From Clostridia bacterium (GTDB taxonomy: Bacteria > Bacillota > Clostridia > Christensenellales > CAG-138), in contig JAVBWI010000027.1 in the NCBI GenBank assembly GCA_036677445.1, forward strand, positions 115,376 to 179,375: 64,000 nt of DNA, in the 5' to 3' direction. The translations under genes and the position numbers were made by a program. Positions 8,982 to 18,544 of this stretch are shown here, piece by piece (the first letter of the stretch is position 1; every line of letters begins with the position of its first letter). Under the pieces are notes generated by a model, which saw only the letters and a program-made list of their open reading frames with translations, was not told the DNA's origin and did not search any database.

Positions 8982-9497
8982 ATGGCTCAACAAACCCTGG
9001 AAGCGCTGTATGAAGCGCATGCCAAAACCGTATACTGGGCTGCCTACGGCGTATCGCACAACACGGAGGCTGCGGCGGACGCTGTGCAGAATGCGTTTTT
9101 GAGCGCGCACCAGCATATGGATACGCTTGCCGATTTGACAAGCGAACAATGCCGCGCATGGCTGTACCGCTGCGCGGTAAACAGCAGCATCGATATGCTC
9201 AGGCGCAACAAGCGCAGCATACCTATGGAGGATGCCGGCATTGCCGTGCCGGATACGGCGCACGGCCCCGAAACACAGGCGGAGATAAACGAGACCCGCG
9301 AGGCTATACGCCGCGAGTTGGACGCGCTGCCGGAAAAATACCGCGAGCCGTTGTACTTATACTACTTTGCGGAACTGGATTACCATCAAATTGCAGACTT
9401 GCTGAACATGAGCGAAGGTACGCTGAAATCCCGCATGTCGCGGGGGCGCGAATTGCTCAAAAAAGGATTGCGGAAAGGAGGCGAGCTGTATGCGTAA
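8982..9497 (+). CDS. ECF RNA polymerase sigma factor
   Basis: Region 2 (AAADAVQNAF..AWLYRCAVNSSID) and region 4 (LPEKYREPLYLYY..YHQIADLLNMSEGTLKSRMSRGR). Confidence 0.93.
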   Translation: MAQQTLEALYEAHAKTVYWAAYGVSHNTEAAADAVQNAFLSAHQHMDTLADLTSEQCRAWLYRCAVNSSIDMLRRNKRSIPMEDAGIAVPDTAHGPETQAEINETREAIRRELDALPEKYREPLYLYYFAELDYHQIADLLNMSEGTLKSRMSRGRELLKKGLRKGGELYA

Positions 9498-10281
9498 CGA
9501 ACAGGAAATTTCCATAGACGCTTTGCTTCGCGATATTGCGCGGCAGCAAAACGCCGCCCTGCCGCTCGACGACTGGAAGCGGGAGATATTGAAAAAAGCG
9601 CAGGCGGACAAAATGCCCGGTGCGCAGCCGCCCGCCTTTGACGAATTTGCAGCGCTGCGCCGCAGGAAGAACATCCGCAGGATCACCCTCGGGGTGGCCA
9701 CCGCCGCGGCGGCGCTCCTTATACTGTTGGGTACGCGCTCGCTCTGGCAAGGCGGCATAGGCATGAAAAACGCCGCGTCCGCTTCGGAAGCGCCCGTTGA
9801 GGATTGGCAGATGTACGCGATGGAAGCGCCGGCCCAAGAGCTGGCGGAAGCGCCGATGGACATCATGTCCCTGCCGGAAGAATCCACGCAGGCGCCCGCT
9901 GCGCCAGAACCCGCCGCGCCGGCGCCCGCTGAACGCCCGGCCGCGGATTCGGCCGGAGGCGCGGCATCCGGCACAGACTCCGGCGCCAATGAAAGAAATA
10001 TTCGCGGCGTGTTTACCGAGGAAGAAACCCAAGCGCTTTCTGCCGTACTTGCGGCGACAGCGCCCGGCAATGGCGATAGGGCGGTATACGACGGCGTGTT
10101 TACACAGATCACGCGCGCGGAAATGGCCAGCTTGACGGTGCAGCCGCTCGACGGCGGCGCGCAGCAAACGATCCAACGCGATCTGCTCTATAGGGTGGTG
10201 CTGGATACACGCGTTGAAAACGCGCCGATCTATGCGGTGGATGCGGCTACGTTCGAGGTGCTGGGCAAGATCGTAGAATAA
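9490..10281 (+). CDS. Putative single-pass membrane anti-sigma factor
   Basis: Overlaps the ECF sigma stop; short cytoplasmic N-terminus, one TM helix (ITLGVATAAAALLILLG) and an Ala/Pro-rich extracytoplasmic part. Confidence 0.7.
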   Translation: MRNEQEISIDALLRDIARQQNAALPLDDWKREILKKAQADKMPGAQPPAFDEFAALRRRKNIRRITLGVATAAAALLILLGTRSLWQGGIGMKNAASASEAPVEDWQMYAMEAPAQELAEAPMDIMSLPEESTQAPAAPEPAAPAPAERPAADSAGGAASGTDSGANERNIRGVFTEEETQALSAVLAATAPGNGDRAVYDGVFTQITRAEMASLTVQPLDGGAQQTIQRDLLYRVVLDTRVENAPIYAVDAATFEVLGKIVE

Positions 10282-10378
10282 CAGTATTGAAAACCATACG
10301 GGGCTTCGTTTGCCGGATATACGGCAGAACGAAGCCCTTTGGTATATTGGAACCGTCTGGGCGTGATGAGGTTAGCGT

Positions 10379-10663
10379 ATGGGAAAAGTGTATGCATTTG
10401 AAGCCATTATCCGCAAAGCGGAGGACATGGACGCCGCGTATATCGAAATTCCGTTTGATGTTCCGGCCGCGTTCGGAAAAGGACGGGTGCCGGTAACCGC
10501 TACTTTCGACGGGGAAGGGTATGAGGGCAGCGTGGTAAAGATGGGAACGCCCTGCCATATACTCGGTATCCGCAAGGATATCCGCGCGAAAATCGGCAAG
10601 CAGCCCGGCGACAGCGTAACCGTTACGCTGCAAGAGCGGGAGTACCCCCGCAAGAAGGGATAA
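10379..10663 (+). CDS. DUF1905 domain protein
   Basis: [54 protein letters not shown]. Confidence 0.85.
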   Translation: MGKVYAFEAIIRKAEDMDAAYIEIPFDVPAAFGKGRVPVTATFDGEGYEGSVVKMGTPCHILGIRKDIRAKIGKQPGDSVTVTLQEREYPRKKG

Positions 10664-10697
10664 TCCGGCGGGATTCAGGGCGCCTATCCAAAAAAAA

Positions 10698-11369
10698 TCA
10701 GCCCAGCAGGTCCCCGCCCACGAATCTTCTTCCCGCCGCCGCGCACGCGGCCAGTACGGAATAGCTGCCCGCCGCCGGGTCCAGTACCCAATCCCCCGGC
10801 AGCGTGACGCATTCGATCAGCCGCCTTTGCAGCTCGACGGGCTTGGCGTGCGGATGCCCTTTTTGCGCCTGCTCGCGCCATACGTCGGGTATGGCATGAT
10901 CCTTCCAAACGCCTTTTGCGCGTTTGGGGCGCTTTTGGAGCACCACAAGGTATTCCGACGTGCGGCGCGTGCGGTAGCCCATGCCGATGCGCACTTTTTC
11001 CCACACGACCATATCCACCAATTCCAGCTCGGTATCGGCAAGCCAGGGCAGCACGCCCTCGCATAAATGAAATTTATCGACCCACAAAAACAGGTGCCCG
11101 CTTTTTTGGAGCACACGGTTGAGATCCCGCAAGAAGGCACAGATCAGGCCCTCCTTCATCTGCGGCAAGCCGGACCGATCCCGCCCGCGGCGCACGCCCT
11201 CGTTGCCGTAGCAGAGCTTATCCAGTATGCCGCGGTATTGCGGGTCGAAAAACGCGGCGGCAATGCTCTCGTCGTGTACGGAGGCAAGCAAGGCAAGACC
11301 GTCGAGACGGTTTTTCGCATCGGGCAGTATACCGGCGTCAGGAAGTATGGGTTGATCGTATAACTGCAT
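10698..11369 (-). CDS. Orphan N4/N6 amino-DNA methyltransferase (beta-class motif order)
   Basis: Catalytic motif FFDPQY (DPPY variant) N-terminal; HPHAKP and SAM-binding VLDPAAGS C-terminal. Confidence 0.85.
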   Translation of the reverse strand: MQLYDQPILPDAGILPDAKNRLDGLALLASVHDESIAAAFFDPQYRGILDKLCYGNEGVRRGRDRSGLPQMKEGLICAFLRDLNRVLQKSGHLFLWVDKFHLCEGVLPWLADTELELVDMVVWEKVRIGMGYRTRRTSEYLVVLQKRPKRAKGVWKDHAIPDVWREQAQKGHPHAKPVELQRRLIECVTLPGDWVLDPAAGSYSVLAACAAAGRRFVGGDLLG

Positions 11370-11435
11370 AGCTCCCTCCGTATAAAATTAGAATACCTGT
11401 ATTGTACCATAACGCCGCGGAATATGCCAAAAAGC

Positions 11436-11465
11436 TTGCATTTTGGCGGACGGCTGTGCTACAAT
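11436..11465 (+). promoter_or_regulatory. sigmaA promoter of the pheST leader
   Basis: TTGCAT, 18 nt, TG-n-TACAAT. Confidence 0.55.
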
Positions 11466-11536
11466 AACTGAAAAATAAAAGTTATGCCGGTCTGCTTTTC
11501 GCCGGACGCGAAAAAGCAGTGCCGCATAACGGAATC

Positions 11537-11800
11537 TGCGATGACGGAGCCGGGTTTCCGATACAGCGCATGACCAGAGAACGCCGCCGGGGCGATTGCC
11601 CCGCGCTGGAAGCGGCGAGTGCGCGCAGGAATTTTCCCTTTCTCTCCCGAGCATCCCCGGTGAAGCCCATTTTGGGTGCGTAGTCGGCGGCGGGTAAGCC
11701 CGATACAGCGGCGAAGACCCCGTATTTGCGGGGTGAAACAGGGTGGTACCACGAGAGCGCGCAGCGCATCGTCCTTGGCGGGACGATGCGCTTTTTTGTT
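11537..11800 (+). ncRNA. T-box riboswitch (Phe) upstream of pheS
   Basis: Stem I with AGAGA and GCTGGAA loops and TTC near the specifier position; T-box AACAGGGTGGTACCACG; terminator GCGCATCGTCC/GGACGATGCGC followed by TTTTTT. Confidence 0.9.
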
Positions 11801-11878
11801 GTTTTTGCGTGTGTCAAAGCCCTGTGCGGCAGAATGAAAGAAATTTTACCCTTTCGGGGATCAGAAGGAGGCAGGAAT

Positions 11879-12901
11879 ATGCTCGAAACATTGGAAAAGA
11901 TCGGCCGCGAGGCATTCGAAAGCCTTGCAGCCGCAAAGGAAGAAGCCGACCTTGAAACGCTTTCGGTAAGCGTTTTAGGGCGCAGCGGCTCGCTCACGGA
12001 AATATTGCGCACCATGGGCAAGCTGCACAAGGACGTGCGCGCGCAGTTCGGCCAGCAGGCCAACAAGTTAAAGCGCGAGTTGGAAGAAGCCATAGCCGTT
12101 AAAAGGCAGGCCATCGCCGAAGAGGAAAAATCCCGCAGATTTTTGCGCGAGACGCTGGATATCACCGAGCCGGGCCGCCGTGTGCTGCCCCGCGGAAGGC
12201 TGCACCCCATGACGCGGACATACCGCGAAATCCGCGACGCGCTCATCGGCATGGGCTTCATCACCTTCGACGGACCGGAGGTGGAGCTGGATAAATACAA
12301 CTTCACAATGCTCAACCTGCCGCCCGACCATCCCGCGCGGGATATGCAGGATACATTCTATATCAACGACTCCGTGGTGCTTCGGACCCACACTTCTCCC
12401 TGCGAGGCGCGGGCTCTGCTCACGATGGAGCCGCCGTTCCGGGTAGTCATCCCCGGCCGCTGCTTCCGTGTGGACGAGGTGGATGCGAGCCATTCCCCCA
12501 TATTCATGCAGATGGAGGGGCTGGTGGTGGACCGCAACATCACGCTTGCGGATTTGAAGGGCACGCTGGAAGCCTTTGTGCACGCCGTGTTCGGCGAGGA
12601 TGTGAAAACACGCTTCCGGCCCAGCTACTTCCCGTTCACCGAGCCTTCGGCGGAGCTGGACATTTCCTGCACCATCTGCGGCGGCAAGGGCTGCCGGGTG
12701 TGCAAGGGCACGGGCTGGCTGGAGATACTCGGCTGCGGCGTGACCAACCCGCACGAAATAGAGAACTGCGGCCTTGACCCCCACGAATGGAGCGCCTTCG
12801 CCTTCGGGCTGGGCGTGGACCGCGTCGCAAGCCTCAAATACGGCGTAACCGATATCCGGCTCGAGTATGAGAACGACGCGCGGTTCCTGGGACAATTTTA
12901 A
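11879..12901 (+). CDS. pheS: Phenylalanine--tRNA ligase alpha subunit
   Basis: HPARDMQDTFY, LRTHTS, RFRPSYFPFTEPS, GWLEILGCG, FAFGLG; RBS AAGGAGG before ATG 11879. Confidence 0.97.
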   Translation: MLETLEKIGREAFESLAAAKEEADLETLSVSVLGRSGSLTEILRTMGKLHKDVRAQFGQQANKLKRELEEAIAVKRQAIAEEEKSRRFLRETLDITEPGRRVLPRGRLHPMTRTYREIRDALIGMGFITFDGPEVELDKYNFTMLNLPPDHPARDMQDTFYINDSVVLRTHTSPCEARALLTMEPPFRVVIPGRCFRVDEVDASHSPIFMQMEGLVVDRNITLADLKGTLEAFVHAVFGEDVKTRFRPSYFPFTEPSAELDISCTICGGKGCRVCKGTGWLEILGCGVTNPHEIENCGLDPHEWSAFAFGLGVDRVASLKYGVTDIRLEYENDARFLGQF

Positions 12902-12929
12902 CGGATAGTTGGTAATGTATAATGAATAA

Positions 12930-13035
12930 TTCAGGAAGGAATTCCTGAAGGGAATTTCTTTGAAACAATTTACAATGCATAGAATATTGTCCGCTTTCTT
13001 TTGGTTCTTTTCTTTTGCGGAAAGAAAAGAACCGT
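12930..13035. repeat. REP-like palindromic intergenic repeat
   Basis: Hairpins TTCAGGAA..TTCCTGAA and GGTTCTTTTCTTT-TGCGG-AAAGAAAAGAACC; the latter is related to GTTCCTTTTCTTT-AGC-AAAAGAAAAGGAAC at ~21166-21195. Confidence 0.55.
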
Positions 13036-13066
13036 CCCCAAATCTCTGTATGGAGGATTGCCTGAT

Positions 13067-15475
13067 ATGAAATTGCCTTTGAAATGGTTAAAGGAATACA
13101 TCGAATACGACGTGACCCACGAGGAGTTCGTGGAAAAAATGATGTGGCGCGGCTTTGAGGTGGCGGATATATTGCCCGAGCTTCCGGATGTTTATGGCGT
13201 GGTCGTCGGCCGTGTGCTGAGCGTGGAGCAGCATCCCAATGCGGAAAAGCTGCACGTCTGCACCGTGGACGCGGGCGAAGGCCGCATCCGGACAATCGTG
13301 TGCGGCGCGCCCAACGTGGTGCCCAACATGCTGACGCCCGTGGCGCTGCCCGGGGCAAAGCTGCCCGGCGGCGTGGAGATTTCCCCCACCGTGATGCGCG
13401 GTATTGCGAGCGACGGCATGCTCTGTTCCGGCAGCGAGCTGGGCCTGACCGACGCCGACTACCCCGGCAGCGAAGTATACGGCCTGCTGGCCATACAGGG
13501 CGAGCATCCGCTCGGAGAGCCCATCGCCGAGGCCGTGGGCTTAAACGACGTGGTGTTCAACATCGAACTCACGCCCAACCGCCCGGATTGCCAGAGCATC
13601 ATCGGCATGTGCCGCGAGGCCGCAGCCGCTTTAGGCAAGCCTTTTCAGACGCCGGTCATCAAAGAAATCCCCGGCGCCGGCCGCGCCGGCGAATACGCGA
13701 GCGTTACCGTGGAGAACGCGGAACTCTGCCCCCGCTACGCCGCGCGCGTGGTAACGGATATCCGCATCGCCCCCTCCCCCGCCTGGATGCAGAAAAAGCT
13801 TCGCAGCGTAGGCTTACGGCCCATCAACAACATTGTGGACATCACCAACTTCGTGATGGTGGAGTACGGCCACCCCATGCATGCGTTTGACCTCGCCTGC
13901 GTGGCGGACGCGCATATCATCGTGCGCAACGCCTATGAGAACGAGACCGTACGCACGCTGGACAGCAAGGACCGGCCCGTCGACCCTTCCATGCTGCTCA
14001 TCGCCGACCCCAAGAAGGGCGTGGGCATCGCGGGCGTAATGGGCGGCGAGAACTCCGAAATCAAACCCGAAACCAAAGCCGTACTCTTTGAGGCGGCGGT
14101 GTTCAAGAACAGCAACATCCGCGCGACCGCGAGAAAGCTCAAGCATATGACCGACGCAGCCGCCCGGTTCATAAAGGGCGTAGAGCCGGTCAGCGCCAAA
14201 AAGGCGCTGGACCGCGCCATTGAGCTGGTGGCGGAGTTTAAGGCCGGACGCATTGTGGGCGATACCATAGACGTTTGCGCGGCGGATTTGCGCGACCGCG
14301 AGATTGATGTGGATGTGCCGCACATCAACCGGCTGCTGAACACTTCTTTCTCGGGGCAGGAAATGGCGGATATGCTGGCCACCATCCATATACCGGCCAC
14401 GCCCGCGGGCGACAAACTGCACATCGCCGTGCCGCACTACCGCACGGATATCGAGAGCGGCGTGGAAGCGGACTGGGATATCGCCGAGGAAGTCGCGCGC
14501 ATATACGGCTACTACAACATCGCCCCCACGCTTATGCGCGGCGATACCTTCCGCGGCCGTTTGACGCCGCCGTTCCGGCTGGAGGACGCGGTGAAGGATC
14601 AGCTTGCCGCATTGGGCGCGTACGAGATGTACAACTACAACTTCACCGGCCCCGCCGCGCTGGACGCGCTGCTGCTGCCCGAAGGGGATGAAAAGCGGCA
14701 GGCGGTAAAGATATTGAATCCCTTCGGCGAGGACCAGAGCCTGATGCGCACCACGCTCATCGCCGGCATGCTTCGCGTCGCCGCGTTGAACCTCAACCGC
14801 CGCACCGGGCAAGGCCGCTTCTTTGAGGTGGGCAACGTACATTTTGACAACAACGCCGAGCTTGCGGAAGAGCGCAAGATGGTAGGACTGCTGTTCTTCG
14901 GCGAGGGCGAGGATTTTTACACGCTCAAGGGTACGGTGGAAGAACTGATGGATTCGCTGGGCATTTCCGGCCTGCGCTTTGTGCGCGGCGGCGGAGCGTA
15001 CCTGCACCCGGGCCGCAGCGCGCTTCTTTATGCGGGCGAGACGTGCATAGGTGAGCTGGGCGAGGTGCACCCCGACGTGGCCGACGCTTTCGGCGTGGAT
15101 GCGCGCGCTTATGTTGCGGAGCTTCCATTTTCGGAACTGTTTGCGCTGCACAACCGCGAGCGTACCTATAAGGCGCTGCCCCGTTACCCGGTGGTGCAGC
15201 GCGACCTCGCCGTGATTGCGGACGAAGCAGTTACCGCCGAGACGCTCAAGTCCGCCATCGAGCGGGTACAGGGTCTGCCTCTGGGCGTTCTAGTGGAGCA
15301 GGTGCGGCTGTTCGACGTATTTCGCGGCGGCACGATGCCGGCAGGCAAAAAGAGCATGGCGTACTCCTTCACGCTGCGCGCGGAGGACCGCACGCTCAAC
15401 GAGGAGGATATCGGCGCGGCCATGAACGCGATCATCGCCGCGCTGGATATGGCAGGTGGCAAGCTGCGGGAGTAG
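13067..15475 (+). CDS. pheT: Phenylalanine--tRNA ligase beta subunit
   Basis: HPNAEKL..IVCGAPN, SDGMLCS, TPNRPDC, RPINNIVDITN, C-terminal FDX-ACB (RDLAV..FDVF..KKSMAY). Confidence 0.97.
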   Translation: MKLPLKWLKEYIEYDVTHEEFVEKMMWRGFEVADILPELPDVYGVVVGRVLSVEQHPNAEKLHVCTVDAGEGRIRTIVCGAPNVVPNMLTPVALPGAKLPGGVEISPTVMRGIASDGMLCSGSELGLTDADYPGSEVYGLLAIQGEHPLGEPIAEAVGLNDVVFNIELTPNRPDCQSIIGMCREAAAALGKPFQTPVIKEIPGAGRAGEYASVTVENAELCPRYAARVVTDIRIAPSPAWMQKKLRSVGLRPINNIVDITNFVMVEYGHPMHAFDLACVADAHIIVRNAYENETVRTLDSKDRPVDPSMLLIADPKKGVGIAGVMGGENSEIKPETKAVLFEAAVFKNSNIRATARKLKHMTDAAARFIKGVEPVSAKKALDRAIELVAEFKAGRIVGDTIDVCAADLRDREIDVDVPHINRLLNTSFSGQEMADMLATIHIPATPAGDKLHIAVPHYRTDIESGVEADWDIAEEVARIYGYYNIAPTLMRGDTFRGRLTPPFRLEDAVKDQLAALGAYEMYNYNFTGPAALDALLLPEGDEKRQAVKILNPFGEDQSLMRTTLIAGMLRVAALNLNRRTGQGRFFEVGNVHFDNNAELAEERKMVGLLFFGEGEDFYTLKGTVEELMDSLGISGLRFVRGGGAYLHPGRSALLYAGETCIGELGEVHPDVADAFGVDARAYVAELPFSELFALHNRERTYKALPRYPVVQRDLAVIADEAVTAETLKSAIERVQGLPLGVLVEQVRLFDVFRGGTMPAGKKSMAYSFTLRAEDRTLNEEDIGAAMNAIIAALDMAGGKLRE

Positions 15476-15477
15476 AG

Positions 15478-15630
15478 GGTCGAGAATACGCGGGAGCCTT
15501 TTTAAGAAAGGTTCCCGCACCCTCTAAAAACCGCGGGCGGAAAATAGAGCTCTATGCCAATCGTGGGGTAAAGCAATAGGGTGTAACAAGTGGGGGACTG
15601 GAGCGCAAGCGAACAGTCCCCTAAAGTATT
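15478..15630. repeat. REP-like hairpin cluster after pheT
   Basis: GCGGGAGCCTTT..AAAGGTTCCCGC and GGGGACTG..CAGTCCCC hairpins in intergenic DNA. Confidence 0.45.
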
Positions 15631-15702
15631 TTCTGCAGTCATGATCCGGATACGGAAACCGCGATAAATCATAGAAAAACTTGGAAGCACAGGCAAATAG
15701 CC

Positions 15703-15731
15703 TGCGACAAAACGTCTCCCTTCCCCGTCTA
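15703..15731 (+). promoter_or_regulatory. Possible ECF sigma promoter
   Basis: TGCGAC, 17 nt, CGTCTA; same geometry as the serpin promoter. Confidence 0.4.
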
Positions 15732-15762
15732 CTATAAAAAGGAATAGAAGGGATTAGCTTAT

Positions 15763-17061
15763 ATGAAGAAGCGGTTTTTGTGCGCGTTGCTGTGCCTGGT
15801 TCTGTTTTTGGGAGCGCTTCCCGCGGCTTCGCTGGCGGCGAATACGCCCGCGCCTACCTACGACGACGCGAGCGCCGCGGCGGACATACTGGACGGGCTC
15901 CGGAATGACGGCGACTTTGCCGGGCTCTATCTCAAGGACAACGGCGCAAAGGTGGTCGTTATGCTCATCAACGCGACCGCGGCGCGCAAAAACGAGATCC
16001 GCGCCATGGTGCAGCGGCCGGATGTGGTGGAATTCAAGAGCGCGAAGTATTCCTATGCGGAGCTGGACCGAATCTGCTTTGAGGCCATCGCCGGCAACGG
16101 CACATTCGAAGTCACGACGAGCGGCCTCGACGAAATCAACAATTGCGTGGTCGTCACCGTCTATTACGGCGGCGAGGCGGCCGCGCGGGCCTATTACGCC
16201 AAAAAATACGGTAACCGCGTGAAGGTGATCGGTTCGGATTACGTATCCATGGGCGACCTGTATAACCCCATCGCGGTCTCCAACGAACAATGGATACGCG
16301 AGGTGTTTCCGGACGCGATGGAGCTGAGCACGGCGAACGCCCGCTTCGTGTTTTCCGGCGCGCCCAGGGCCGTAAAAACCCGCGCAGTGCTCAACACGCA
16401 GGGGGAATCCCTTACGCTGTACCGATTTAAAACACAACAGGATTACGAGAAAGCCAAGGCCATGATCCGCGGGACCACGGTGGTATCCGGCGGCAAAACC
16501 GTATATGTGGATACGGAATTTGCCTCCACGTATTTCTATAACGGCGCAAGCAACATGCTTGCACTCTACTGCGGCAGCACGCAGCGTACGTTCTCCACGC
16601 TCTACGAACGGAATTTCTATCCGGCCGGGGGTCTGGGCGGCTTCTTTTCGCTGCGGAACTCTGCGATTTACAAAGGAACGGAGGGCCGGGTCTTGCCGGA
16701 TGAACATACGCCGGAATCGCCGCAGGCTTTGCGCAAGCTTTCTGACGCCGTCTGTTTGGGCATCGTGAAGCGCACGCCGGATGTGAAGGGTAAGGCCGGC
16801 GAATACGAGATCGCCGTTACCGAAAGCATCCGCGGTGCGGCAAAGAACGCCATCCGTGTATCCGCCATGCCCGAAGTACTGGAAAAAGGGCGCACATACA
16901 TGCTGTTCCTTGTGAAGGACGGCGCGTCGGCGGGCTGGCGGCTGACAGACAACGTGTATTTCTCCGTATTCGAGCTTAACGATAAAGGATATGTGCTGCC
17001 CGTGCGCGAATACGGCATGACCAGGCCCGTTTCGCTCTCAACGTTTAAAAAGGGCCTGTAA
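15763..17061 (+). CDS. Secreted hypothetical protein
   Basis: Sec signal peptide (MKKRFLCALLCLVLFLGALPAASLA), 432 aa, host-like codon usage; no family recognised. Confidence 0.75.
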   Translation: MKKRFLCALLCLVLFLGALPAASLAANTPAPTYDDASAAADILDGLRNDGDFAGLYLKDNGAKVVVMLINATAARKNEIRAMVQRPDVVEFKSAKYSYAELDRICFEAIAGNGTFEVTTSGLDEINNCVVVTVYYGGEAAARAYYAKKYGNRVKVIGSDYVSMGDLYNPIAVSNEQWIREVFPDAMELSTANARFVFSGAPRAVKTRAVLNTQGESLTLYRFKTQQDYEKAKAMIRGTTVVSGGKTVYVDTEFASTYFYNGASNMLALYCGSTQRTFSTLYERNFYPAGGLGGFFSLRNSAIYKGTEGRVLPDEHTPESPQALRKLSDAVCLGIVKRTPDVKGKAGEYEIAVTESIRGAAKNAIRVSAMPEVLEKGRTYMLFLVKDGASAGWRLTDNVYFSVFELNDKGYVLPVREYGMTRPVSLSTFKKGL

Positions 17062-17064
17062 TCT

Positions 17065-18516
17065 TCACTTTTTCTGATGCAGCATGCCGGCCGCAAGCCG
17101 CCTGAGCCGCTCGGGGGTGTTGTCCTGCGGGTGGCGGGCGCAGTGCGCAAGCAAACGGCGCTTGACCTCCCCCACCTGCTCGCCGGGCGGCAGATTGAGC
17201 CACTCCATGATATCGCGGCCGTTGCAGCGCAACTCGCTTTCTGAAAACGGAGCGCCCTCCGCGCGCATGCGCGCGATCACCTCGCGCCAGCGCAGGGCCA
17301 TAAACGATGTAGCGAGGCCCGAGCCGCGCACATCGGCTTCGCGGATATCGCACAGCAGCAGCGCGCGTTCATAGCCTATTTCCGCAAAGCGGGCGCGCAG
17401 CGTGCTTTCCCGCGCGCGGCCGTTGAGGTCGTACATATGGTGCTCCACTAAAAACAGCACGTCTTCCACGATGGATTTTGGGAATCGCAGCCGTTCCAAT
17501 ATTTCCCGGGCAATAGGCACACCCAGCGTATCATGCCCCAGCATGGGCGTCTTGCCGTGCGGCAGCAGCCCCTCCGGCGTGGCGGCATGCCCGCCCGCAT
17601 CGGTGGGCAGGCCCTTTTCACGCAGCGCCGCAGGCTTGCCCACATCGTGCAGCAGCCCGGCCAGGCGCAGCGTCAGTGTCGCTGAGGCGGCGTCGCAGGC
17701 GTGCAGGTTGTGCCGCAGCACATCGTACGCGTGAAACTGCGGGCGCTGCGCTACCCCGTCCCCTTCCAGCAGCGCCGGGAACAAATACAGGAACGCGCCC
17801 ATTTCGTACAGCAGTTGCAGCCCGCGCAGCACGGGCGAACCCTGCCGTTCGGTCAGCGCGGGGTAGCGGATATCGCTGAGTAGTATCTTCGTAAGCTCGT
17901 CCCGCTTGCGCTCCCATGCGATATCCTGTAAGCCCGCCACGTTTTCGCAGGCCGCGGCCCATGTACCCGGATCAATGGAGAACCCCAGCTCGCACGCGAA
18001 GCGAACTAGGCGCAGCACGCGCAGGCCGTCGTCGCGCAATATGACCGCGGGATCGGGGGAGGTGGCGCGGATGATGCGCGCGTCGATATCCCCAATGCCG
18101 CCGGTCGGGTCGAACAGTTCGCCGGTAAGCACATCGGCATACAGCGCGTTGCAGGTAAAATCCCGCCGGAAGGCGTCGTCCTCTATGGTCTTACTGAAAC
18201 GTACCGCTTCCGGCCGGTGGGTACCGCCTTCGCCGTATACGTCGCCCCGGAAGGTGGTATGCTCGAAATGGAGTTCACCCATATGGATTTCCACCGTGCC
18301 GAACTGCGGCGCTTTTTCAATGCAGCGGACCGCGTTTTGATCGCATACCGCCTTGACTTCAATGGGTTTTAGAACAGAGCAGATATCCATGTCGCTGGGC
18401 GGCAAATTTAGCTGTGCGTTGCGCGGCAGGCCGCCGACGGCGTAAAGCGAAGCGCCCGCTTCAGAAAACAAGCGGGCGAGCTGGGTCAGTTCGATTGGAT
18501 AGCTGGGCAAGTACAT
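17065..18516 (-). CDS. cca: CCA tRNA nucleotidyltransferase with HD domain
   Basis: YAVGG..R....SDMDI, FGTV, EHTTFR, RRDFTCNAL, DDGLRVLRLVRFA, LLHDVGKP. Confidence 0.9.
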   Translation of the reverse strand: MYLPSYPIELTQLARLFSEAGASLYAVGGLPRNAQLNLPPSDMDICSVLKPIEVKAVCDQNAVRCIEKAPQFGTVEIHMGELHFEHTTFRGDVYGEGGTHRPEAVRFSKTIEDDAFRRDFTCNALYADVLTGELFDPTGGIGDIDARIIRATSPDPAVILRDDGLRVLRLVRFACELGFSIDPGTWAAACENVAGLQDIAWERKRDELTKILLSDIRYPALTERQGSPVLRGLQLLYEMGAFLYLFPALLEGDGVAQRPQFHAYDVLRHNLHACDAASATLTLRLAGLLHDVGKPAALREKGLPTDAGGHAATPEGLLPHGKTPMLGHDTLGVPIAREILERLRFPKSIVEDVLFLVEHHMYDLNGRARESTLRARFAEIGYERALLLCDIREADVRGSGLATSFMALRWREVIARMRAEGAPFSESELRCNGRDIMEWLNLPPGEQVGEVKRRLLAHCARHPQDNTPERLRRLAAGMLHQKK

Positions 18517-18544
18517 GGGTGATTTCTCCGCTATATGATGAACA

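Noticed and set aside
10379-11369. Restriction-modification system
   Set aside because: No endonuclease or specificity subunit is adjacent; the neighbours are DUF1905 and the pheS leader.
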